Positions 19,084 to 29,501 are shown, numbered from the stretch's first letter. The stretch: DNA of 64,000 nucleotides from Candidatus Poribacteria bacterium (GCA_965198175.1 OZ240245.1:1888001-1952000), one strand, 5' to 3'. Numbers and translations are program-made. The notes: a model not told the origin generated them from the sequence alone.

Positions 19084-20484
19084 ATGACACAACGCCATTT
19101 CACAATTGGAATTATTACCTTTCTTGTTCTGTTTACGGCGATCGGTGCTAACGCCGCTGTAGACTCCAGAGGAGAAATTAACGTCGAGGGCGACAATCAA
19201 GGACGTGCACCGGCAAGTTCGACAGTTACGTTAATTGTAGCCCTTACCATTGATCGGTCGCTCGCCGAACCCGGCAGAGAAGATATCAAGACAATAGAAA
19301 TCAGATTGGTACAAACAGTGAAGTTCTGGGAGACAGAATTCCGCTTCGTGGCTCGAGATGGCAAGCCAATCGCTGTAGAACCAGCGGTCACAGGTAATAT
19401 CTTGCGAGTTGTTCTCACCAATCCAATTACGGATCTGAGTAACGCATTCTACGAAATTGTCTTCGACAGCAGAACTCCTGAAACTACGGGACGAGCCGAT
19501 TTTAATGTGCGACTCAGAAATAAGGAAGATCGCCCGATTGGCGAATCTATCAAACCGGGCAATGTAGACGGAAAATCAAATAATAATGACTTCTCCCTGC
19601 AGGTTATTCCCAACGTTCCTCCTGACCCCGTACAGGGGTTTGCTGTTGAGATGGATTCAACGGGTGAGAACGATGTGATTATCAGATGGCACAAGTCGGC
19701 TGATTCGGATGTCAATGGCTATTTCATTTATCGTGACGCGGATCCGCCAATCAACGTCGAACCCCCATCTGCAACGGTTTTTCAGGATGTGAATGTTCCT
19801 CTAGGAACGCACAGCTATACCATCACAGCCTACAAGACACCGCTCTTGCAATCCACTCGTTCCGAGCCCATCTTCGTTAATGTTCACCAAGATACAGCTT
19901 CGCCAGAACCACCTGTGGGCGTTACGATTAATGCGGTTGGTGGTCGGATTGAGGTGACGTGGGACAGCAGCCCAACTCGCGATGTTGCGGAATATCAACT
20001 CCTTTTCTGGAGGTTGGGAGAGCTTCCCCGACCTTTAGTGGACGAGGAAGGAAATGAGGTGAGAAAGATACCTGCCGATGAATCTCGCGAATTTATTGAT
20101 GGGCGAGCGCTCGGCGTTGGGGTCTTTATCTACGCTGTCGAAGCGATCGACGAAGCGGGCAACAGGTCAGAACAGACCTCTCAAACCCTGCGGATTCTCG
20201 GCGAACCGTTTCCCAATCCCTTTACTCCTCTTTCGAGCAATGCCGATTTCAACCGTGTCGTGTTTCCCGCCCGTGCCATTGAAGATGCTGAAGGGGAGTT
20301 CACCGTCCTAATTTTCGACATCAACGGCGGGGTTGTCAGAGAACTGAAAGGAGATGCGGGCGCACGCGAGCTAGTTTGGAACGGCGAGGATGAGGATGGC
20401 AACGTCGTCGAAAGCGGTGTTTACGTTTATCAGATGCAAGTCGGTGAAAGCTTCAAAACGGGCACAGTAATCGTGGCAAAGTAG
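19084..20484 (+). CDS. Secreted fibronectin type III protein with T9SS type-B-like/FlgD CTD
   Basis: Signal peptide; two FN3-like units (IRWHKSADSDVNGYFIYR; YAVEAIDEAGNRS); PNPFTP...IFDING...WNGEDEDG...SGVYVY. Confidence 0.75.
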   Translation: MTQRHFTIGIITFLVLFTAIGANAAVDSRGEINVEGDNQGRAPASSTVTLIVALTIDRSLAEPGREDIKTIEIRLVQTVKFWETEFRFVARDGKPIAVEPAVTGNILRVVLTNPITDLSNAFYEIVFDSRTPETTGRADFNVRLRNKEDRPIGESIKPGNVDGKSNNNDFSLQVIPNVPPDPVQGFAVEMDSTGENDVIIRWHKSADSDVNGYFIYRDADPPINVEPPSATVFQDVNVPLGTHSYTITAYKTPLLQSTRSEPIFVNVHQDTASPEPPVGVTINAVGGRIEVTWDSSPTRDVAEYQLLFWRLGELPRPLVDEEGNEVRKIPADESREFIDGRALGVGVFIYAVEAIDEAGNRSEQTSQTLRILGEPFPNPFTPLSSNADFNRVVFPARAIEDAEGEFTVLIFDINGGVVRELKGDAGARELVWNGEDEDGNVVESGVYVYQMQVGESFKTGTVIVAK

Positions 20485-20494
20485 AAAGTACTAC

Positions 20495-20570
20495 GATTAA
20501 CCGAGTGGATAGCGAGGGCGATAGTTCTGATCGGTAAAGGCTATCGCCTTCGCTATCTACTCGATCTATT
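20495..20570. repeat. Inverted pair of 30-bp repeat variants forming a hairpin
   Basis: GATTAACCGAGTGGATAGCGAGGGCGATAG followed by CTATCGCCTTCGCTATCTACTCG. Confidence 0.7.
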
Positions 20571-20609
20571 GATAGCAGGACCAATTCACTTTAAGGAGAT
20601 ACTTTATAA

Positions 20610-21110
20610 ATGGCAACTCCAGATACACCTCTACCAGGCATCACTTGGCTATACTTTGTGCTAATTACCGTCTTATCATGGGGACTTTATGGTGTTTTTC
20701 TTCATACCGGTCAGACATCTATGGGCGACCCAAGCAATGGACGCTACAAAGCATTTCTCTTCGTTGGGGGCGCTTATGTATTAATAGCAGTTGTGGCGCC
20801 GACAGTCATGTTAATCACCAACGGCGCTTCATGGAGCTTTCCGGTAAAAGGTATGGTCTGGTCAACCCTTGCAGGTCTCGTTGGAGCAGTGGGGGCGTTC
20901 TGCGTCTTATTGGCGTTTGGGGCGAGAGGGATACCGAGCGTAGTGATGTCTATCATTTTTGCCGGTGCGCCGATTGTCAATGCAATTGCTGCGATGGTGA
21001 TGCACCCACCCGCCGGTGGACTGAGTTCGCTGCGTTGGCAATTTATTCTCGGTATCCTGTTGGCAGCGTTCGGCGGTTGTCTCGTGACCCTTTTTAGACC
21101 TGAGTCGTAA
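20610..21110 (+). CDS. Small DMT/EamA-like membrane protein
   Basis: About 5 TM helices; SWGLYG, AGLVGAVGA, VMSIIFAGAPIVNA; AAGGAG RBS. Confidence 0.65.
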   Translation: MATPDTPLPGITWLYFVLITVLSWGLYGVFLHTGQTSMGDPSNGRYKAFLFVGGAYVLIAVVAPTVMLITNGASWSFPVKGMVWSTLAGLVGAVGAFCVLLAFGARGIPSVVMSIIFAGAPIVNAIAAMVMHPPAGGLSSLRWQFILGILLAAFGGCLVTLFRPES

Positions 21111-21112
21111 GC

Positions 21113-21234
21113 GATCAAGCGAACGAATAGTGAGCGCGATAGTACTAACCGACAGACAGGTACAATCTCAAGCGACAGGATAGTGACCACGATAGTCTTC
21201 GAAAGCTATCGCAGTCGCTATTCGTCTTTTTATC
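21113..21234. repeat. Three 30-bp repeat variants (two direct, one inverted)
   Basis: 21113-21142 and 21166-21195 on +; 21206-21234 on -. Confidence 0.75.
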
Positions 21235-21303
21235 CCTCCTTATTCAGTCGGTTGATGGCATCAGATACTTACGAATGGTTATTTAAGGCTTTAGGAGATT
21301 ACC

Positions 21304-22554
21304 ATGTTGGAACTCATCGCTAGTTTGTTGGAGAGGTCAGGCATAAACGCCGCGGCAGCGGATATTCTGGCAAGAGGTGCGATCATTGCGCTTATAATCG
21401 TTCTCAGTGTGCTTACCAACTTTCTGGTTAAACGACCGATTCTGGCTTTCTTGACCAATCTGATTGCTCGCACGCATACGAAGTGGGATGACACTTTTCT
21501 TGAGAAAAAGGTTCTGAACCAACTTGCCCATCTCGGACCTGCGCTGGTGATTTACGTCATGGCGCCGCTAGCATTAGAGGGAAATGAATGGGCGATAGAT
21601 CATACTACCGATGCAGTGCAGATCTATATGATTCTTATCGGGAGCCTAGTCATCAATGCGTTTCTCAATGCTGTTCTTGAAATCTACCGAACCTTCGACG
21701 TTTCCAGAGAAATCCCAATCAAGGGTTTTGTCCAAGTCGCAAAGATAGTCATCTATTTCGTCGGCGGTATTTTCGTCGTTTGCATCATAATGGACAAAAC
21801 ACCGCTCTTTTTTCTCAGCGGACTCGGCGCGTTGACCGCTATACTCTTGCTGGTTTTCAAAGACACCATTCTGGGATTCGTCGCCGGCATACAATTGATT
21901 ACCAATAAGATGCTATCGCCGGGGGATTGGATTGAAATGCCCAAGTACGGCGCGGATGGCGACGTGCTGGATGTTGCCTTAACAACAGTCAAAGTTCAGA
22001 ATTGGGACAAAACGATTACGACAATTCCGACCTATGCACTGATTAGCAATTCTTTTAAAAACTGGCGAGGTATGGAAGAGTCCGGTGGGCGCCGAATCAA
22101 GCGGTCGGTATATATTGATGTCAATACGATTAAGCTGTGCACAGAGGAGATGCTGAAGCGTTTTTCCAAAATACAATACATTTCGGAATATATCGAAAGG
22201 AAAAAGGCAGAGGTCATTGCGTATAACGCGGCATCTCACGTTGATGAGACGAGCGTTGTGAACGGGAGACGGCTCTCCAACATTGGGACATTTCGTGCGT
22301 ATGTCATCGCCTATTTGAAGAACCACCCGATGATAAATCAAGACATGACCTTTCTTGTCCGCCAGTTGGCGCCCACAGAACACGGTCTGCCCCTCGAAAT
22401 TTACGTGTTCTGCAAAGACAAGGTCTGGGCAAACTACGAAGCGATTCAGGCAGATATATTTGATCACATTCTGGCGGTCGTGCCTGAATTTGATTTGAGA
22501 GTCTTTCAACATCCGACAGGAAGTGATTTCAAGGAATTCGCCAGGGAGAAATGA
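21304..22554 (+). CDS. Mechanosensitive channel, MscS family (YbdG-like)
   Basis: VFKDTILGFVAGIQL, GDWIEMPKYGADGDV, SFKNWRGMEESGGRRIKRS, FDLRVFQHPTG. Confidence 0.92.
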   Translation: MLELIASLLERSGINAAAADILARGAIIALIIVLSVLTNFLVKRPILAFLTNLIARTHTKWDDTFLEKKVLNQLAHLGPALVIYVMAPLALEGNEWAIDHTTDAVQIYMILIGSLVINAFLNAVLEIYRTFDVSREIPIKGFVQVAKIVIYFVGGIFVVCIIMDKTPLFFLSGLGALTAILLLVFKDTILGFVAGIQLITNKMLSPGDWIEMPKYGADGDVLDVALTTVKVQNWDKTITTIPTYALISNSFKNWRGMEESGGRRIKRSVYIDVNTIKLCTEEMLKRFSKIQYISEYIERKKAEVIAYNAASHVDETSVVNGRRLSNIGTFRAYVIAYLKNHPMINQDMTFLVRQLAPTEHGLPLEIYVFCKDKVWANYEAIQADIFDHILAVVPEFDLRVFQHPTGSDFKEFAREK

Positions 22555-22585
22555 GGCACGCCCATAACTCACCAGAGCACAAATC

Positions 22586-23020
22586 ATGCCATACGAATAC
22601 CACACAAAACGAAGAATAGAGTTCTCTGACACCGACATGGCTGGAATTGTTCACTTTTCCCGGTTCTTTGTCTTCATGGAAGCCGCGGAGCACGGATTCT
22701 TACGTTCGTTGGGTACGAGCGTTACTACGGAATGGAATGGCGACATAATCAGTTGGCCAAGGTTAGCAGCATCATGTGAATATCTCAACCCAGCGAAATT
22801 TGAAGATGAACTGAATATCCATCTGACGGTTCGGAGAAAAGGGACTAAATCCCTAACCTACCAGTTTGTTTTTACGAAGGGCGATGCGGAAATCGCTCGG
22901 GGAAAATTGTCCGCTGCGTGCTGCATCTGTAACCCCGGAGAAAAGGTGCGCGCTATCCCGATACCGGACTTTATCGCGGATCGGATTGAAGAAGCCCCAC
23001 ACATCGATATCGACGGTTGA
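22586..23020 (+). CDS. Acyl-CoA thioesterase (YbgC/4HBT family)
   Basis: FSDTDMAGIVHFSRFFVFME hot-dog fold motif. Confidence 0.88.
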   Translation: MPYEYHTKRRIEFSDTDMAGIVHFSRFFVFMEAAEHGFLRSLGTSVTTEWNGDIISWPRLAASCEYLNPAKFEDELNIHLTVRRKGTKSLTYQFVFTKGDAEIARGKLSAACCICNPGEKVRAIPIPDFIADRIEEAPHIDIDG

Positions 23021-23056
23021 CGCTCAACTAGGAATTCAACATCGAAAGGCTGACCT

Positions 23057-23740
23057 ATGGCGACATCAGATTCAACCTCACTCAAAGTCTCGGAAGTCTA
23101 TAAAAACTTCGGGCGTGAACAGTGTACAGTCGAGGTGCTTCGCGGTGTTTCGCTTGAAATGAGTGAGGGACAATCTCTTGCAATAACCGGTCCCTCTGGC
23201 TCTGGGAAAAGTACGTTGCTTCACCTGATCGGCACATTAGACAAACCGTCATCGGGAACAATCAAAATCAACGATAAAGACCCGTTTGCGATGCCTGAGC
23301 CGCAACTCGCCAAATTCCGGAATCAGGTGATTGGCTTCATCTTTCAAGACCACCATCTGTTGCCGCAGTATTCCGTCTTGGAAAATGTACTCATTCCCAC
23401 CATGGCTTTCAAGCGTCACAACGGCGACGCTGAGAAGCGAGCGCAAGGATTGCTGGAAAGCGTCGGACTTGCTCACCGACTGAGCCATCGCCCTGCTGAA
23501 CTTTCCGGAGGGGAATGTCAGCGCGTAGCTGTAGCACGCGCTCTAATTAATCGTCCGAGCCTTCTCCTCTGCGACGAACCCACGGGAAATCTCGACCGTT
23601 CTACGGCGGAAACGGTTGCTTCGCTCCTATTTGAACTTCACCAAGATGAACGAAATATCCTGATTGTCGTAACACACAGCTTCGAACTTGCAAGTCGACT
23701 TGGACGCCACCTTGAATTGGTAAATGGTACAATTGTATAG
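23057..23740 (+). CDS. ABC transporter ATP-binding protein (LolD-like)
   Basis: GPSGSGKST, LSGGECQR, CDEPTGNLD. Confidence 0.92.
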   Translation: MATSDSTSLKVSEVYKNFGREQCTVEVLRGVSLEMSEGQSLAITGPSGSGKSTLLHLIGTLDKPSSGTIKINDKDPFAMPEPQLAKFRNQVIGFIFQDHHLLPQYSVLENVLIPTMAFKRHNGDAEKRAQGLLESVGLAHRLSHRPAELSGGECQRVAVARALINRPSLLLCDEPTGNLDRSTAETVASLLFELHQDERNILIVVTHSFELASRLGRHLELVNGTIV

Positions 23741-23782
23741 GAGTAAACCAAATTCGATTGAAATTAATTTGGAGGGTTCGCC

Positions 23783-25513
23783 GTGTCTGTAGATCGTTTG
23801 ATTCTATGCGATTTTTCCTTTCAACAGCCGAGCGGCGAGACGCTGTTGGATACGTCCCCTAATCAGAATCACGGTCAAATTCATAATGCGACGTGGGAAA
23901 CGGTCAATTCGCATGAGTACAGCTTGTCATTCGATGGTTCAGGTTTCGTGCGAGTGCCGCACCATGAATGCCTGAACCCGTTCGAACCCTTCACAATTGA
24001 GGTCTGGGCAAAGGGAACCGGGTCCCCACTCAGTTGGCGGGAGATGACCACCGGAGACCCACCGACCCGGGATCTCTATTTTCAAGTCGTTGGCGAACGT
24101 ATCTACTTCGCGACGAATACGGATATTCCCCATCCTGAAAAGCGTCGCCGCATCGCACATCATCTGATTACCGGCTCGATTGATACCAATGGGGAAAACT
24201 GGACAATACGGGAGCATCAGGTGACTCCTTTTTTCCCAATCGAGCCGAAGATGCAGGTCGTCGGCGATCAGATCTATTATAACTTCTTCGCTCTTGACCA
24301 CTCACGACCAGATGTCACTGGGACTCGTTCAATTGGGGAATTCTACACAGCACGTTCAAATCTGGACGGGAGCGATTTTCATGCGACGCCGCGATTAACG
24401 CCTGAAGAATTCGGACGACGTACTGAACAGAGTGGCTTACAGGTCCTTGGCGAACGTATTTACCACGCCTTTGTGAAGATGGATCAACACGGGAAATGGC
24501 AGATGTGGACAGCGCAGTCGAATCTAGACGAGAGCGGCTGGCAAACCGTTCAGCGAACAACAGATGGCGGTTGGATTCCGCGGTTTCAAGCGACAACTGA
24601 TGGTATTTACTACTACTACGGTCGTTATTATAAGACACACCCGCAGGATACCTTCTACATCGCAAAATCGGACTTTGACGGGCGCGATTGGCAGGTGATT
24701 GCTAAGTTTCACGATGAATTCGCTCGTCCGTTGGGTCGGTTTCTCGTCGCAAACGGATGGATTTATGTGACATACACTGCGCTTGACTACGACAGAATTG
24801 CCCGATTTTACACCGGACGCCTTGATGTCAATGGTCAGCGGCGTCAGTTTATCAAGCGAACCGACCATTTGACCGATGCCGGTCCCGGACACATCCGCAT
24901 CATGGGAGATCGCCTTTATTACTGCTATGCGAAGCACAAAACATCCGATACACCCACGCAGTTTTGGCTTGCAGAATCCAATCTAGATGGCGGAAATTGG
25001 GGGATAGAACCAATCACCAACCCCAATGTCCGCCATCTCATGAATTACGGTGCCTTCCAGATGGTCGGCGGAAGAACTTACTGGTCAGCCAACCGTGCAC
25101 CCGATCTCTATTATGATCAGCGAGTCCTTTTCGGAACGTCGGGTTCGAACCTCGTTAACAAGGACGGTGCATTCGGGATTGGTTTGACTGAAAAACAGCG
25201 TGCAAGAGCGTTCATTAACTGTGGGCAGGGATATTTACAGCGCGGAGAGACGATGGATGGTTACTACCGTCACGTGATTGAGACGGAAGTTGATGACGAT
25301 TGGCATGCTTATGTAATGTCGTTTGACGGAAGCACATTGACGTTTTGCATGGACGGCGACGTTGTTGGAAAGAGATTGGTTGATGTCTCTGTTGAGATGA
25401 ATGCGGCGCCAATGGTAATCGGCGAGGGTTTCGTCGGAAACATTGCGCGGCTGTCTATCCGAAAAGGAGTGGACGTTAGGAAATTCTCGAAACCCCTGTT
25501 GAGATGGACTTGA
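23783..25513 (+). CDS. LamG-like jelly-roll protein with inserted beta-propeller
   Basis: LamG first half (NHGQIHNATW, SLSFDGSG, FTIEVWAK) and second half (WHAYVMSFDG, MVIGEGFVGNI) flank SNLDG-type repeats; GGAGG RBS, GTG start. Confidence 0.6.
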   Translation: MSVDRLILCDFSFQQPSGETLLDTSPNQNHGQIHNATWETVNSHEYSLSFDGSGFVRVPHHECLNPFEPFTIEVWAKGTGSPLSWREMTTGDPPTRDLYFQVVGERIYFATNTDIPHPEKRRRIAHHLITGSIDTNGENWTIREHQVTPFFPIEPKMQVVGDQIYYNFFALDHSRPDVTGTRSIGEFYTARSNLDGSDFHATPRLTPEEFGRRTEQSGLQVLGERIYHAFVKMDQHGKWQMWTAQSNLDESGWQTVQRTTDGGWIPRFQATTDGIYYYYGRYYKTHPQDTFYIAKSDFDGRDWQVIAKFHDEFARPLGRFLVANGWIYVTYTALDYDRIARFYTGRLDVNGQRRQFIKRTDHLTDAGPGHIRIMGDRLYYCYAKHKTSDTPTQFWLAESNLDGGNWGIEPITNPNVRHLMNYGAFQMVGGRTYWSANRAPDLYYDQRVLFGTSGSNLVNKDGAFGIGLTEKQRARAFINCGQGYLQRGETMDGYYRHVIETEVDDDWHAYVMSFDGSTLTFCMDGDVVGKRLVDVSVEMNAAPMVIGEGFVGNIARLSIRKGVDVRKFSKPLLRWT

Positions 25514-25567
25514 AATGTTCGTCAAATGGAAATTGTATAATTCAGAATTTCTAAAATACCTATTCTC

Positions 25568-28500
25568 ATGTATCGAAGTTTAATCCATTTCTGGCGAATC
25601 CACATTGCTGTATTGCTCGGTACAGCGGTAGCGACAGCGGTTCTCACCGGTGCGCTTCTCGTCGGCGATTCCGTTCGAGGTAGTTTACGAGATTTAACGG
25701 TCGATCGATTGGGTCGCATTGATTATGCGTTGGTATCAGAGCAGTTCTTTCGAGAAGAACTGGCGGCAAATTTATTGAACGCACCAGCGCTTGCGAATCA
25801 ATTTGAAGACGCAGTACCCGCCATTCTTCTGGGTGGGACCGCTATTAACACCGACACCCGTGCCCACGCGTCTCGCGTCCAGATTCAGGGAATCGACGAA
25901 GGATTTTTGAACTTATGGTCGGACTCTGAAACAGCCAATCTGGACGACTTTCTGGCAAAACAACCAAGGCAATCTTTCCCGTCAGTCATCATTAATCAAT
26001 CCCTCCAGAAGGAATTAAACGTCCGGGTTGGAGCGTCCCTCCTGATCTCTTTTGAAAGGCAGGGCGATATCCATCGTGAGTTTTTACTTGGTCGCCGCGA
26101 TTCCTCCGATGTCGTGCAAACCCTCCGATTCACTATTACGAAAATTATCCCCGATCGAGGTATCGGTAGATTCAGCCTACGTTCCAACCAAAACCTCCCA
26201 CTGAATGCCTATGTCCATCTACCTATTTTACAAAAAGCAATTAGACAAAAGGAACGGGTAAACGCGGTCTTCGTCTCTCAGTCGTCTCATTCGCCGGACC
26301 TGACAAATGATGTCATAAAGTCCCTACAAAACAGATTGCATCAGGTTTTGAAACTGGAAGACCTTAACCTGATGCTGCGGCAGGGGTACGGTTACTTTTC
26401 CCTCGAAAGCAAGCAGTTCCTGCTCAAACCGAACGTCATTGAGGTCGCTAAAGCGGCTGCGATTGAGAGACAGATGCCGTTTCTTCCTATCCTGACCTAC
26501 TTAGCAAATACCATCGCAACGGATGAGCGGTGGATTCCGTATTCGACGATTTCAGCGTTAGATCCGGAACGCGCCGTATCTCTCCGATTAAGGGGCGGTT
26601 CACCGGCGCCCGCACTTGAAGAGGATGAGATTCTTATCAATGAGTGGGCTGCCGAGGACCTAGCCGCAAAGGTCGGGGACCAGATCAACGTGAGCTATTA
26701 CGTTATAGGACCTCGGGAAGAGCTATTAACGCAACACGCCCAATTCCGTCTGAAAGGTGTTCTCGCTTTGGAAGGCTTAGCAGCAGATCGGGAATTGACC
26801 CCAAATTTCCCGGGTGTCCACGACGCAGATGATATGTCTGACTGGAACGCTCCGTTTCCAATCAATTTGAGCCAAATCCGTTCCCAGGATGAAATTTACT
26901 GGGATCTATACCGTGCCACCCCGAAGGCATTTGTTTCAGAAGAAACAGGACAGCGGTTGTGGCGAAGCCGATTTGGAAGTTTGACCGCTATGTGGATTAT
27001 GCCCGCTTCCAGTGGCGATATTCAGCAAACCAAAGCAGATTTTCAAAAGGGATTATTGGAAAAGATTTGCCCCGAACAGGTCGGTTTCCTGTTCCAGCCG
27101 GTCAAAGCCCAGGGCTTAAAAGCCGCCACGGGCGCCACAGACTTTAGCATGCTATTTATCGGGTTTAGTCTGTTTCTCATCGTGTCCGCAGTCCTTTTGG
27201 TGGGTTTGCTATTCAGGCTGGGTGTTGAAGGACGGGTGGGTGAGATAGGGCTGCTGTTGTCTTCGGGCTATCCTATCTCCACCATCCGTTTGCGCTTTAT
27301 TAAAGAGGGTTGCCTGCTCGCCGGAGTTGGCGGTGTGATAGGTCTCGGAGGCGCTGCCATTTACGCATGGCTCTTGATGGTTGGTCTACGAAGCTGGTGG
27401 TTGGCGGCGGTGGGTACGCCTTTTCTGGTACTTCACATCAACCCGTTGAGTTTGGGGCTTGGTTACTTCATCGCCATCATCGTAGTTCTACTTTCAATCG
27501 GGTGGACGGTTCGAAAATTCGGTAAATCGCCAGTTCGCGCTCTGCTTGCGGGCGACACCATCTTGGAACACAAGACCGCTGGACGTTTCGCACCGATTTT
27601 CGCCTTCGCTAGCTTGGGGCTCGCCGCGGGCTTGATTTTATTTGCGCTTGTTTCTGGAAAGACATCCTCTGCGCCGCTATTTTTCGGAAGCGGCGCACTT
27701 TTACTCGCTGCGGGGCTGGCTTTCTTCTCAATATGGCTCCGAACTCCCTCTAATTCTCTATTTCGTAGCCAAACACGGAGAATTGTGCAAATGGGCGCAA
27801 GAAATAGTGCACGCCACAAGGGGCGCAGTATGCTCTGCGCGGCGCTGGTTGGCTGCGCCTGCTTTGTGATTGTTGCTGCCGGCGCCAATCGTCACAGCGG
27901 TACTGAACATGATTCATTGCTGCAGAAGGAATCAGGAACTGGCGGATTTGCACTGACTGCGGAATCAGATGTCCCATTGCATCACAACTTAAATTCCGAA
28001 AAGGGGCGGTTTGAACTTGGGTTCTCTGAATCTGACGCTGCGATTGTAAATCAGTCCGAGATTATCCAGTTCCGAGTTCTGCCGGGAGAGGATATTAGTT
28101 GTCTCAACCTCTACCAACCTAGAAAACCTCGCATCTTGGGTGTTCCCGGCGAGTTAATCGAACGCGGCGGGTTTCAGTTCCAGGGGGCATTGACAACGAC
28201 TCCTGAGGACAGTGCAAATCCGTGGCGCATGCTTGAAGTTGAGGATGAATCCGGCGTGATTCCAGCCATCGGCGATTACAACTCTGTCCTCTGGATTTTG
28301 CATCTCGGACTTGGTGAGGATCTTATCGTTCAGAATGAATTTGGAGAAGCGTTAACGCTTCGTTTGGTGGGGCTTTTGCGAAGCAGCATCTTTCAAAGCG
28401 AGCTGTTGATTTCTGAAGCCAATTTCAAGAAACACTTCCCAAGTCAAAGCGGATATTCGTATTTCTTAATCCAACCCCCTTCAGAAAAAGGTGCCGTCTT

Positions 28501-28999
28501 TGAGCCTAGCGAAGGACCTGAAGAAATGGCGCAAATCTTGGAGTACACGTTGAGCGATTACGGCTTTGATGTTACCTCGACGACCGAAAAACTAGCCAAC
28601 TATCGTGCTGTTGAAAACACATATCTCTCCACCTTCCAAACACTTGGTGGGCTTGGACTGCTTCTTGGAACATTGGGGTTAGGGGTTGTTTTGCTGAGAA
28701 ACGTAATTGAACGGAGGGGCGAACTGGCGACCTTGCGTGCGTTCGGTTTTCGCCGATCGACATTATCGTTAATGCTTCTGGCGGAAAATGGATTTCTCCT
28801 TGTGGTAAGTATGCTGGTTGGCAGTTTTTCCGCAATTGTAGCCGTGTCTCCACACGTTATCGCCCCAGGCGCACATATTCCTTGGCTTTCGCTTGCAATC
28901 ACTTTAATTGCTGTGTTTCTCGTTGGAATCGTTGCAAGCGCCGTATCAGTTTTCTTTGCACTGCGAACACCGCTGCTGCCTATGCTTAAAGCAGAGTAG
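25568..28999 (+). CDS. Large FtsX/MacB-like ABC permease
   Basis: VLTGALLVGDSVRGSL; two TM clusters; ERRGELATLRAFGF. Confidence 0.88.
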   Translation: MYRSLIHFWRIHIAVLLGTAVATAVLTGALLVGDSVRGSLRDLTVDRLGRIDYALVSEQFFREELAANLLNAPALANQFEDAVPAILLGGTAINTDTRAHASRVQIQGIDEGFLNLWSDSETANLDDFLAKQPRQSFPSVIINQSLQKELNVRVGASLLISFERQGDIHREFLLGRRDSSDVVQTLRFTITKIIPDRGIGRFSLRSNQNLPLNAYVHLPILQKAIRQKERVNAVFVSQSSHSPDLTNDVIKSLQNRLHQVLKLEDLNLMLRQGYGYFSLESKQFLLKPNVIEVAKAAAIERQMPFLPILTYLANTIATDERWIPYSTISALDPERAVSLRLRGGSPAPALEEDEILINEWAAEDLAAKVGDQINVSYYVIGPREELLTQHAQFRLKGVLALEGLAADRELTPNFPGVHDADDMSDWNAPFPINLSQIRSQDEIYWDLYRATPKAFVSEETGQRLWRSRFGSLTAMWIMPASSGDIQQTKADFQKGLLEKICPEQVGFLFQPVKAQGLKAATGATDFSMLFIGFSLFLIVSAVLLVGLLFRLGVEGRVGEIGLLLSSGYPISTIRLRFIKEGCLLAGVGGVIGLGGAAIYAWLLMVGLRSWWLAAVGTPFLVLHINPLSLGLGYFIAIIVVLLSIGWTVRKFGKSPVRALLAGDTILEHKTAGRFAPIFAFASLGLAAGLILFALVSGKTSSAPLFFGSGALLLAAGLAFFSIWLRTPSNSLFRSQTRRIVQMGARNSARHKGRSMLCAALVGCACFVIVAAGANRHSGTEHDSLLQKESGTGGFALTAESDVPLHHNLNSEKGRFELGFSESDAAIVNQSEIIQFRVLPGEDISCLNLYQPRKPRILGVPGELIERGGFQFQGALTTTPEDSANPWRMLEVEDESGVIPAIGDYNSVLWILHLGLGEDLIVQNEFGEALTLRLVGLLRSSIFQSELLISEANFKKHFPSQSGYSYFLIQPPSEKGAVFEPSEGPEEMAQILEYTLSDYGFDVTSTTEKLANYRAVENTYLSTFQTLGGLGLLLGTLGLGVVLLRNVIERRGELATLRAFGFRRSTLSLMLLAENGFLLVVSMLVGSFSAIVAVSPHVIAPGAHIPWLSLAITLIAVFLVGIVASAVSVFFALRTPLLPMLKAE

Positions 29000-29501
29000 A
29001 TGGGGAAAAATGGGCGTGAACGCTGACCGGTGAGAATCGCTTAGGGGTCAACCTCTGAACCCTCAAAGCACCAGGGCGCCGCTTGGAACAGATTTTCGGT
29101 TGACACCAAATGGATTTTGGTGTACTATGAGTTCATCTCCCATTAAGAGAATGACATGTAATGAGCATTTGGTGTACACAGCCCGATATGTTAACCGAGA
29201 CGCAGCGTTGGCTACCCCTTCCCCCGAATTTCTCACCAAACCCATCCGTCCCAAGTATCAATGAAAAAAATCACACCTTCTCTTGACGTTTCTGTGTCAA
29301 GTGATTTGAAAGGAGATGATAATACAAACAAGCGTGCGGCGAAATCAGAGTCTTATCACAGTTGTCGCATGGTTGATTGGTTCCACAACTCTATTTGCTG
29401 ATCAGACGAAAAAAGGATCGGATATTCAATTTTACGGGATTTTGCGCATTTGCGGACTATCAAGATTTCTCCAAATTTCTTAGCATCAGAAAGGATATTA
29501 G

